In this document: in pieces, positions 28,842 to 36,656 of the stretch | How the letters are laid out: each line of letters starts with the position of its first letter | Position numbering within the stretch: the stretch's first letter is position 1 | DNA from: Candidatus Uhrbacteria bacterium | Lineage (GTDB): Bacteria; Patescibacteriota; Patescibacteriia; UBA9934; GWF2-40-263 | Assembly (NCBI GenBank): GCA_026395055.1 | Contig: JAPLZK010000002.1 | Location: 128,154 to 192,153, forward strand | Direction of reading: 5' to 3' | DNA length: 64,000 nucleotides | Program-made: the position numbers and the translations under genes | The notes under the pieces: generated by a model | What the model saw: the letters and a program-made list of their open reading frames with translations, nothing else | The model's database searches: none | What the model was told of the DNA's origin: nothing

Positions 28842-30149
28842 ATGGAACAGATTGCAGAAATGGCTCATCGGATTCGCATTCACGATTTTACGTTTTGCGC
28901 GCAGCCAAACGCAGACGGGTTCTCGCTCGGAGAAATTCCTGGCATTGGTATGTACCCAGATCGTTCCGCCCTTCTTCAGGGAACATGTTTCCTGGATGGG
29001 GGATTGCATACAGATGTGGCAGAAGAACATCTTCATATGTATCTGCATCCGCTTGGAATTGGTGCGAAAGAAATTCGGTTCGTGAAAGGCGAATCGTTGT
29101 TCGAGGGGATTTTGAACGATCCGTTTGAACGCACTCGTCTGTGTCGCGAATTGTCGAATGGCGTTCCGACTACGCTTGAGGCGTTCTCTGCATCTGATGC
29201 GTGGGATCGATTTGTAGGAGCGCTCAACATTGATCCGTCTCGTTTGCGCACACCGGCAACGTCTGTGATGCGCACGCTCGATGACAAAGAAGCTATTCGT
29301 CGCCTCGCACACACGCTTGGTCTTGACGACGTGTTTCCGAAACACGTGTTTACCCTTGATGTGCACGAAACACTCGCGCGTATTCAAGAGTTTCGTGTTC
29401 AGTTCCCGCAACTGATTGTGGTGAAGCGCCCGGATTTGGAAAGTGGTGTTGGGCAATTGCTCATTGATCCGCAAACGTCCGAAGAACAGATTTTCGCCTA
29501 TGTGCGAGAGTACTGCACGGGACATCGTCCGATCATTGTGGAAGAAGGAGTGTTTGGCATCGAAGGTTCAGTTCAGTGGCACGTGAGTCCGCAAGGATTG
29601 GAATCAAGATTCTTTAGCCTGCAGTACACACACGCCGGAACACACCAAGGAAATGTGATTGCCCCTACGGGCGTGGCATGTCTTCCGGAAGATTGGCCGC
29701 TCGCATGGCGTGAGCGTGTCGTAGAAAAGATCTGGGCGACCACGGAAACATTTGTGAAGTGGGTCGCCGCTCGTGGGTTCATTGGTCCAATCGGATTCGA
29801 TTTCATCATGAACAAAAACGCATTCTCTCTTCTTGAGTGCAATGCGCGCACAACGGCCGCAACGTATCTTGAAAGTGTGCGTTGGCAGATTGAACGACAA
29901 GGACACGCAAACGTCACTGCCGCCATGAAGAACGCGTATCCAAAACGCGCACGCACATGGAAAGATTCTGTGCGCATGCTGGAACAACATTCGAACAACC
30001 TTGCGTTCAATGCAAAGACCGGTGTTGGGGTGATTGTCGCAAATCCGCGACTGTTTCATTTGGATTCTCCGAAGTGTTTGCTCATCTCTGCGGGTGCGGA
30101 CATTGCGCAAGCAGAGTCGTCTCTTGAACAAGCGCGAAAGATTCTCTGA
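28842..30149 (+). CDS. ATP-grasp domain protein (PGM1 peptide ligase-related)
   Basis: LDDK, VVKR...SGVG, IVEE, GSVQ and GPIGFDFI...LECNAR. Promoter TTGACA-17-TATTTT overlaps the murI stop. Confidence 0.75.
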   Translation: MEQIAEMAHRIRIHDFTFCAQPNADGFSLGEIPGIGMYPDRSALLQGTCFLDGGLHTDVAEEHLHMYLHPLGIGAKEIRFVKGESLFEGILNDPFERTRLCRELSNGVPTTLEAFSASDAWDRFVGALNIDPSRLRTPATSVMRTLDDKEAIRRLAHTLGLDDVFPKHVFTLDVHETLARIQEFRVQFPQLIVVKRPDLESGVGQLLIDPQTSEEQIFAYVREYCTGHRPIIVEEGVFGIEGSVQWHVSPQGLESRFFSLQYTHAGTHQGNVIAPTGVACLPEDWPLAWRERVVEKIWATTETFVKWVAARGFIGPIGFDFIMNKNAFSLLECNARTTAATYLESVRWQIERQGHANVTAAMKNAYPKRARTWKDSVRMLEQHSNNLAFNAKTGVGVIVANPRLFHLDSPKCLLISAGADIAQAESSLEQARKIL

Positions 30150-30180
30150 TCCGTTTTCTGCGGATCTTTTTTTGTGGATA

Positions 30181-30204
30181 AGTACTTTACTTGACTAAAG
30201 TGCT
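30181..30204. promoter_or_regulatory. Palindromic operator overlapping the -35 of the YerC-like gene
   Basis: AGTACTTTA-cttgac-TAAAGTGCT; promoter TTGACT-17-TAGACT. Confidence 0.6.
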
Positions 30205-30225
30205 TGGCTTTGATAGACTTTGTGT

Positions 30226-30537
30226 ATGAATCTGAATACCCCTGAAATTGAAGACTTGCTCAGAACCATTCGTTCGCTGCAAACACAGAAAGACGCCAAG
30301 GCGTTCTTTCGGGATTTACTCACAGAAAAAGAGATTCAAGAGTTGAGCATGCGCTGGAAAGCTGCGCAAATGCTTGCAGAGAACATTCCTTACGTTGAAA
30401 TTCAAAAACAAACGGGCCTCAGTTCTGCAACCGTCGCCCGCATTTCTAAATGGTTATCCTCTGGTATGAACGGCTACAAAAAAATGATCACACGTAATTC
30501 ACATACGCACCCTTCACCCAAGAAGGCGCGGTCTTAG
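30226..30537 (+). CDS. TrpR-like YerC/YecD family repressor
   Basis: FFRDLLT..EI..LSMRWKAA.ML....PY.EI...TGLSSATVARISKWL..G..GYK. Confidence 0.9.
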   Translation: MNLNTPEIEDLLRTIRSLQTQKDAKAFFRDLLTEKEIQELSMRWKAAQMLAENIPYVEIQKQTGLSSATVARISKWLSSGMNGYKKMITRNSHTHPSPKKARS

Positions 30538-30598
30538 CATTCCGGTTTTTCGGAGTGAGACACCCTTCTTGGTTGAAGGGTGTTTTTGTTTCTAGGCC

Positions 30599-30630
30599 CT
30601 CCCCCTGCAAAGGGGGAGCTGGAGGGGGTT
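30599..30630. repeat. REP-like palindrome immediately upstream of the GNAT gene
   Basis: ctccccctgcaaagggggagctggagggggtt. Confidence 0.7.
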
Positions 30631-30633
30631 CCC

Positions 30634-31227
30634 ATGCGTATTCGTCGGTTTCAAATGAAAGACATGGTAGAGATGGTTGTGTTGTATCAGAAATGTTTTT
30701 CAGAGGCGCCGTGGTTTGAGGTGCATGATGCAAAAGATGTGCAACGCATGTTTCGAAAATATGCGAAGACGGATGCAAAACCGGATATGGTTGTGTGTGT
30801 CTGTGAACAAGATGGTCGTTTGGTTGGGGGAGCGATCGGTTTCCACATCTGGTATAAACAAGAGGTGCTCAAATTGATTTCGGCACATTGCGAAATCCAT
30901 TTCAGCGCACACGACTCTGTTGATCGTGAACCGTACCAAGAAATTCAGGGAGTCTTCTACTTCGCCGAACTGTTTGTGGATCCGTCTGTTCGTGGACAGG
31001 GAATTGGAAAGGCCTTGATTGAAGAGCGTCTTGCGTTTGCTCGTCGTCGTGGTTATCAGAAAGGAGTTGTTCGCACGTCTCTGGATCAAAAAGTGATTCA
31101 GCATCTCTACAAAGATCAACTTGGGTTCAAAGAAGTTGCGCGTCAGGCGTTGCTTGCGAAGAAGTTGATTGACGGTGTCGAAGAGGAACTCGCGTACACG
31201 AGTGTGATCATGGTCGGAAAAATTTAG
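30634..31227 (+). CDS. GNAT family N-acetyltransferase
   Basis: Acetyl-CoA motif YFAELFVDPSVRGQGIGKAL, then LY...LGF. Confidence 0.85.
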   Translation: MRIRRFQMKDMVEMVVLYQKCFSEAPWFEVHDAKDVQRMFRKYAKTDAKPDMVVCVCEQDGRLVGGAIGFHIWYKQEVLKLISAHCEIHFSAHDSVDREPYQEIQGVFYFAELFVDPSVRGQGIGKALIEERLAFARRRGYQKGVVRTSLDQKVIQHLYKDQLGFKEVARQALLAKKLIDGVEEELAYTSVIMVGKI

Positions 31228-31229
31228 AT

Positions 31230-31253
31230 GGGCGGGTCTCGACCCGCCCCTAC
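31230..31253 (-). repeat. GTAG-type REP hairpin
   Basis: Minus strand GTAG-gggcgggtc-ga-gacccgccc. Confidence 0.55.
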
Positions 31254-31258
31254 GTCTA

Positions 31259-31328
31259 CAGACGCAACTTCATGCGTCTGTTTTTTTTGTTCAACAAAAA
31301 ACCTCCCTGTGCATGTGCAGAGGGAGGC
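31259..31328. terminator. Back-to-back intrinsic terminators for GNAT (+) and nadE (-)
   Basis: cagacgca..tgcgtctg followed by a T-run on plus; cctccct.tgcacatgca.agggagg followed by a T-run on minus. Confidence 0.7.
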
Positions 31329-31334
31329 GAGAGA

Positions 31335-33323
31335 TTACAGGCTGAGCTCTTCGATCATGGCGAGGACTTCCTCGATCCAGAGCGTGAGCGTGACGTCCGC
31401 AGGCGCGCGCCAATCGCCGCGAGGGCTGAGCGAGACACTTGCAACCTTGGGGCAGTCCGGCAGGTTTTGCCGTTTGAATTGCGCGTTTGAGAACCGAGTC
31501 AGAAACGCGAGGAGCCATTTCAGAATCGTTACGCGATCATATTCGCCCGCGAACGTGAGTTCCGCGAGCCAGGCAATTTTCCGCGGTGCGTAACCGTTTC
31601 GGATCATGTGCCAGAGGAAAAAGTCATGCAGGATGTACGGACCAATGAGATCTTCGGTCAATTGTTCGATCTCACCAGCCTTCTTTGGCTTTGTGAGTTC
31701 GGGCGAGATGGGCGTAGCGAGCACATCAAGGATTGCCTTGCGGATTTCCTTGAAGAGCTCAATGTCCGCCGCATAGCGCACGAGATATTTCACGAGGGTC
31801 TTCGGGATGTCGCCATTGGGGTTGTACATCGACTGTTGATCGCCGTTGTACGTGCACCAACCTTGCGCAATCTCAGAGAGGTCCCCGGTGCCAATCACGA
31901 ACCCGAGGTCCATGAGAATGTGCGTGCGTTCACGCGCTTGGGCGTTTTCGCACTTGAGGCACGTCCAGCACGGCTCGTGTCCAATGCTTCGCAGATGCGT
32001 CGTCACATTTTTCACAATCGAGATGTCTTTCCAGGTGACACCCGTTTGCCGGATGAGCTTCAGCGCATTTTTCTTGGTGCGCTTCGATGTGCCAGCTCCT
32101 GGCATGGTCACAGCAAGGATGCCCTTGCGATCCCAACCGAGTTCATCGAACGCACGAAGAACGAAGAGAAACGCGAGGAGCGAATCGAGGCCGCCCGAGA
32201 TGCCAATGACGACATCGCGGCGACCGGTTCCTTTTTCGAAACTCATGAGCCGACGCTTGAGCGCGGTCACGACGTGAGCATAAATGTCTTCGCACCGTTC
32301 GGTGCGCTTTTTTTCATCCGACGGAACAAACGGGAGTTTGTTCAGGTTGATGCGAGGCGCGGCAGCGATTTTGTCATCGACCGACTCGATCGTACATTCG
32401 ATATGTCGAAACGTTTTCGGATCGACCATGGAGGTCTGACCGAAACTTCCGGACATGAATCGTTCGCGTTCGAGCTTCTCCACGTCCACATCCGTGATGA
32501 GGAGTTGAGGTTCGAACTGAAACGGCTTGGAGCGTATGCGCATGTGACCGTTTTCTGCGATCATCGCGTCGCCGTCAAAGATGACGTCGCCGGAAGATTC
32601 CCACGGACCAGACGAAACATACAGGTACGCGCTCATGCAGTGTGCGGCCTGTTGCGTCACGAGGTCGTAGCGATACGAGCCCTTTCCGATCTCGCTGTTT
32701 GAAGCAGAGAGATTCGTAAGAATCGTCGCGCCCGCGTTCGCTTGGTGCGAACTCGGGGGGATCGGCATCCAGAGATCTTCGCAGATCTCGGTGCCGAGGC
32801 AAAAGATGCGGCGTTTGTTCGAACCGGTTCCGACGAACACATCGATCACATGATCGGTGCCGAAGGGGACACGTTGTCCGCAGAGTTCCACTTCCGATAC
32901 GGTCGCTTCGTACCCAGGCCGAAACCATCGCCCTTCGTAGAAGTGTTTGTAGTTCGGAATGAACGTCTTTGGCGTGATGCAGAGGATTACGCCTTTGTGC
33001 ATCGTGACCGCAACGTTGAACAACTTCTGGTTCACGAGCAGCGGCATGCCGACTTGAATGATCATGTCTGCATCGGCCGTTGTTTTGAGTAGCAAGCTCA
33101 ATCCGTCGATCGCTTTCTCATGGAGAAACGGTTGCAAGAACAGATCGCCGCAGGTGTAGCCCGTGAGCGACAGTTCTGGGAATGTGAGGAGCTGAACATG
33201 TTGATACGCTGCTTCCCCGACAAGCTTCGCCATTTCAAAAACGTTCATGAGCGGATTGGTGACATGCACCATCGGCACAGCAACCGCTGTACGAACAAGT
33301 CCAAACGCATTCTTGGGTTTCAT
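31335..33323 (-). CDS. nadE: Glutamine-dependent NAD(+) synthetase
   Basis: Nitrilase domain FPELSLTGYTCGDLF, PK.FIPNY..FYE.RWF and EICEDLW; synthetase domain ISGGLDS, ENAQARER and GTGDLSE. Confidence 0.96.
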   Translation of the reverse strand: MKPKNAFGLVRTAVAVPMVHVTNPLMNVFEMAKLVGEAAYQHVQLLTFPELSLTGYTCGDLFLQPFLHEKAIDGLSLLLKTTADADMIIQVGMPLLVNQKLFNVAVTMHKGVILCITPKTFIPNYKHFYEGRWFRPGYEATVSEVELCGQRVPFGTDHVIDVFVGTGSNKRRIFCLGTEICEDLWMPIPPSSHQANAGATILTNLSASNSEIGKGSYRYDLVTQQAAHCMSAYLYVSSGPWESSGDVIFDGDAMIAENGHMRIRSKPFQFEPQLLITDVDVEKLERERFMSGSFGQTSMVDPKTFRHIECTIESVDDKIAAAPRINLNKLPFVPSDEKKRTERCEDIYAHVVTALKRRLMSFEKGTGRRDVVIGISGGLDSLLAFLFVLRAFDELGWDRKGILAVTMPGAGTSKRTKKNALKLIRQTGVTWKDISIVKNVTTHLRSIGHEPCWTCLKCENAQARERTHILMDLGFVIGTGDLSEIAQGWCTYNGDQQSMYNPNGDIPKTLVKYLVRYAADIELFKEIRKAILDVLATPISPELTKPKKAGEIEQLTEDLIGPYILHDFFLWHMIRNGYAPRKIAWLAELTFAGEYDRVTILKWLLAFLTRFSNAQFKRQNLPDCPKVASVSLSPRGDWRAPADVTLTLWIEEVLAMIEELSL

Positions 33324-33373
33324 AGTGTCTCCTTGTCTTCTCGGTTGTAGGGAGCAGAATCAATTCGTCTGAT

Positions 33374-33428
33374 CTTCACGCGCTGACACATGTCGGCGGG
33401 TGGAGAAAAGGGCGATGTAAACATCGCC
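33374..33428 (-). repeat. Double-hairpin intergenic element, copy 1 (upstream of nadE)
   Basis: Plus strand: cttcacgcgctgacacatgtcggcgggtggag-aaaag-ggcgatgtaaacatcgcc. Confidence 0.8.
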
Positions 33429-33435
33429 AGATGTT

Positions 33436-33459
33436 GTAGGGACAGGTCGTGACCTGTCC
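33436..33459 (+). repeat. GTAG-type REP hairpin
   Basis: GTAG-ggacaggtc-gt-gacctgtcc. Confidence 0.6.
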
Positions 33460-33479
33460 GATCGAATACGATCATGGGT

Positions 33480-34427
33480 CTAGTACAGAATATCGCCGTT
33501 GTGATCCCAGTTGCGGTAACCGTGACCATCGGGCTTGTGCACGATCGACTTCATGACCGTGCCGCCGTTTGCTTCTTCACAACGCGCGAACGTAACGTTC
33601 ACGCCGTGCGACTTCTCATCGAAAATGCCACCGACCAGGAACACAGGTGTGCCCCAGGGGAGTGGATTGCCGATGCGGACACCGTGCAGTTTTTGCTCGC
33701 CAAATTCGGTGAACTCAGCTTGCAGAGGCGCGATGTCGATCCAGTTCTTTGCGTTCCAGTCCACGACTTCTTGCGTTGCGCGGCCAACCGACTCCGGCCG
33801 CCATACTTCACGAATCACCACCATCTGCACACCGAGATTGCCCAGCACTTTGATGTACTCGAGAATCCCCGCAGCATCTTTCACGCCCGACTTGTTGATG
33901 ACAAGTGATGCACGCACAAGGAGTCCGAGTTCACGACATCGTTTGATAAGATCGGCGGGCGATTTCTTGATCAACATGAGTCCACGATTCTGTTCGAAGT
34001 CGTGGCTTGCAATCGAGAGTGTGATCATGGTGAGACCATAGCTGACCAAAGTGTCGAGCAAATGCTCTTTTGGCATGCCTGCCTGAAAAAGAAATCCGTT
34101 CGTATGCATATCTACAAGCGGAAGATATTTCGCACATTCCGTCACAACGTTCACGAGGTATTCTGGCGATTCCTGACTCGGATCCGCGCGACCCGTGAGA
34201 ATTGCATGCGTCGCGCCTGTGCGCTCAGCGAACCGGAGTCCGACGCGCAGTCGGTGTAGTTCGCATGTCTTCACGTCTTTTTCGTTTTCCATTTCCGTCC
34301 CGGGTGTTGTGCGACTGATGCAGAATTTGCATCCAGCCGTGCAGCGTTCTCGTGTCGAAAGCTGAACGGAAATGCTTTGCGCGCGCATCTGTCCGGAGCC
34401 GTGGGCGATTTGCCGATGTTCTGTCAT
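33480..34427 (-). CDS. Radical SAM protein of unknown function
   Basis: CTAGCKFC (CxxxCxxC), LTGRADP (GGE-equivalent), HTNG and ITLS. SD GAAGGAG precedes ATG 34427. Confidence 0.85.
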   Translation of the reverse strand: MTEHRQIAHGSGQMRAQSISVQLSTRERCTAGCKFCISRTTPGTEMENEKDVKTCELHRLRVGLRFAERTGATHAILTGRADPSQESPEYLVNVVTECAKYLPLVDMHTNGFLFQAGMPKEHLLDTLVSYGLTMITLSIASHDFEQNRGLMLIKKSPADLIKRCRELGLLVRASLVINKSGVKDAAGILEYIKVLGNLGVQMVVIREVWRPESVGRATQEVVDWNAKNWIDIAPLQAEFTEFGEQKLHGVRIGNPLPWGTPVFLVGGIFDEKSHGVNVTFARCEEANGGTVMKSIVHKPDGHGYRNWDHNGDILY

Positions 34428-34445
34428 TTGAATGTACTCCTTCAC

Positions 34446-34501
34446 CTTCACACGTCGACGAAATTGTCGGCGGGTGGAGAAAAGAGGTGAGAGACTCACC
34501 T
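34446..34501 (-). repeat. Double-hairpin intergenic element, copy 2
   Basis: Plus strand: cttcacacgtcgacgaaattgtcggcgggtggag-aaaag-aggtgagagactcacct. Confidence 0.8.
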
Positions 34502-34523
34502 GAGAGAGTTGAACGCTGGAAGA

Positions 34524-35159
34524 TTACATGCCCCCTGTATTCGGCCAGCGTGTTTTGGGCGCGGCTTTCAGACGGCGGATTTCTTCTTTCAGTCGCATGT
34601 TCTGAATGTACAAACGAAATGCGTAGACGCGCAGATCGACGCAGACGTAGGTGTCTGCAAGAAATTCTTCTTCGGACACCCAATGGCGGATGATCTCTTC
34701 GCCCTCACCTGCAAGGCCGAATGTATCGTCGTCATGACCGGAAAGTTGATCGATCGTGATCTGTGCGTAGCAAAGGTGCGTGCGTTCCGGAATGATTCCG
34801 ACCGAGAGCACCATACTCACACCATTGTTCAAAACGATGATGGATTCTTCTGGGATGGTTGCGCCGAGTTCTTCCGAACCTTCCGCGACACACAGTTGCT
34901 TTGGCGAAACGTTTCGATCGAACCGACCTGCGAATGGGGTGATGAGTTCACCGGTTGGGTTCTCATCTGTCTGCACCGCAATGTGTGGCGAGCGAATGAG
35001 AAGCACACGCTTGTTCACGACGTCGTGGAGAATTCCGGCGACCGAGTCTGTGCAACGTACGATGTACCAGGGATTGCCCGTGACGGGGTGTTCCCATTCT
35101 TCGAGTCGCAAGAATTTGTTTTCGTAAAGGACGCGAACGAATGTTGCGGGTTTGGACAT
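34524..35159 (-). CDS. NUDIX hydrolase, ADP-ribose/NDP-sugar pyrophosphatase-like (divergent box)
   Basis: DSVAGILHD....VLLIR, box AGRFDRNVSPKQLCVAEGSEELG, S.G...E..HL.YA and FGL..EGE.I as in the NudF/NudK family. Confidence 0.75.
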   Translation of the reverse strand: MSKPATFVRVLYENKFLRLEEWEHPVTGNPWYIVRCTDSVAGILHDVVNKRVLLIRSPHIAVQTDENPTGELITPFAGRFDRNVSPKQLCVAEGSEELGATIPEESIIVLNNGVSMVLSVGIIPERTHLCYAQITIDQLSGHDDDTFGLAGEGEEIIRHWVSEEEFLADTYVCVDLRVYAFRLYIQNMRLKEEIRRLKAAPKTRWPNTGGM

Positions 35160-35178
35160 GTGAGGAACTCCTTCTGAT

Positions 35179-35233
35179 CTTCACGCGTCGATAAGATATC
35201 GGCGAGTGGAGAAAAGGCTCGAGCGTTTCGAGC
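35179..35233 (-). repeat. Double-hairpin intergenic element, copy 3
   Basis: Plus strand: cttcacgcgtcgataagatatcggcgagtggag-aaaag-gctcgagcgtttcgagc. Confidence 0.8.
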
Positions 35234-35243
35234 AGGTGTTGTC

Positions 35244-36500
35244 CTAGACCTGGCACGTGACATTCACGTGTGTGTACCGATCATAGTTTGTGAGGCGCTT
35301 CACGCGCGTCACAGAGGATTTGCGTCCGGTCAGTTTCTTTCGGTTGTCCGAGAGTTTGACGGTCGCGCGTCCACAGATGTGCGTGAGCTTGCAGACAATC
35401 GAGAGGGCTTTCAGTCCACGATTGTTTTTATAGGATTGGAATCCCATGTTATTGCCGAGGTTCGTGCCCCAACCAAATGCGAGCTTGATGCGACCACGGA
35501 AGTGCGCGTTCAGTTTCACAATGAGTCGTGCATCGAGACCGTCCGAGAAGACAATCAATTTCGTTTTCGGATCGATGCCGATCGATTCGTAGTACGCGAT
35601 AACTTTCTCCCCGTACGCAAACGGGTCGCCGGAATCGTGACGTGTTCCGATCCACTTCTTTGCAAACGCTTCGAAGTGTTCAAGAAAGTAGTCAGAGCCG
35701 TACGTGTCCGAGAGTGCAATGGAAAGGATTGTGCCATAGAGGGCAAACCATTGTTCAAGGAGAAGTTCGTGCGAGTACATGTACCCGGCCGCGTCATCCT
35801 CTTTGTGGTAGATGCCTTGATACCCCATGTCCATTTCGTGGGCGATGGTGCCGATCGCATCGATACCGAGTTCGATCGCAATCCAAATGTTTGACGTGCC
35901 GGTAAACTGCGCGCCTATTTTTGCGGTGCAGGTTGCGGCAACTTCACGCTGCCATTCGTAACTCCAACGACGACGCGTGCTGAAATCGGAGACGATCGCG
36001 TCCGACTCCATCACAATCTCGATGTTCTCGATCAACTTGTCACGGCCAGAGGCGAGGACTTCTTCTTCGGTGAGACCAAGCTCTGTGCACTTCGCGCGGA
36101 AGTACAGGCGGTTGACCACGTTCATGATGAACGTTTCCCACATCGTGATTGCCGTCCACTTGCCCCGCGCATGAATGGCGAGCTTGCCCTTCACAACGCC
36201 GACATGAATATCGGAGAGCTTGTAGGATTTCAGCCACGTCAGAAATGCAGGCTGCAATTGCCGACCAAGTGTCGGATGATTCCGAAGGCGTTCGATCATC
36301 TCGTCCGTCATCGTCATCTGCTTGATGTGGTCGAGTTCTGCTTGGACTTGCTCGATCGTCATGAAGTCGAGCAGATTCACATCTGTCCGATTCTTGAACG
36401 TGAATCGTCCCCTCCGTTTGCGCTGATGGAGCCAGATGAACTGGAGCATCATCAGTTTGTACTTGTCTGTATCGAGTAAGTTTTTGACGATGTCGAACAT
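35244..36500 (-). CDS. pncB: Nicotinate phosphoribosyltransferase
   Basis: LLDTDKYKLMM, SDFSTRRR, GTSN, GTIAHE, RHDSGDP, FSDGL, FGWGTNL and KLSD. Confidence 0.93.
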   Translation of the reverse strand: MFDIVKNLLDTDKYKLMMLQFIWLHQRKRRGRFTFKNRTDVNLLDFMTIEQVQAELDHIKQMTMTDEMIERLRNHPTLGRQLQPAFLTWLKSYKLSDIHVGVVKGKLAIHARGKWTAITMWETFIMNVVNRLYFRAKCTELGLTEEEVLASGRDKLIENIEIVMESDAIVSDFSTRRRWSYEWQREVAATCTAKIGAQFTGTSNIWIAIELGIDAIGTIAHEMDMGYQGIYHKEDDAAGYMYSHELLLEQWFALYGTILSIALSDTYGSDYFLEHFEAFAKKWIGTRHDSGDPFAYGEKVIAYYESIGIDPKTKLIVFSDGLDARLIVKLNAHFRGRIKLAFGWGTNLGNNMGFQSYKNNRGLKALSIVCKLTHICGRATVKLSDNRKKLTGRKSSVTRVKRLTNYDRYTHVNVTCQV

Positions 36501-36530
36501 CGTGTTCTCCTTGTGCAAAAAGGACAGACC

Positions 36531-36644
36531 CACGAACGTCTTTCGTTCGTGAGAGAAATGTGCCCTCGAGCGCACATGCGCTCGAGAAAACGTTTCTTGG
36601 TCTTTCGAGAAAAATATCCTCGGGGCTGAATGTTCAGCCCCGGG
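36531..36644 (-). repeat. Four-hairpin intergenic element with GAGAAA linkers (variant of the operon motif)
   Basis: cacgaacg/cgttcgtg, ctcgagcgca/tgcgctcgag, ttcttgg/tcgagaa and cggggctgaa/ttcagccccg. Confidence 0.6.
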
Positions 36645-36656
36645 AAGAAGAAGGAA

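Noticed and set aside
33374-35233. Intergenic repeats as a CRISPR array or canonical integron attC sites
   Set aside because: They are separated by whole genes rather than 30-40 nt spacers, no cas genes are present, and there are no RYYYAAC/GTTRRRY ends or integrase in the window. Kept only as an unexplained motif.
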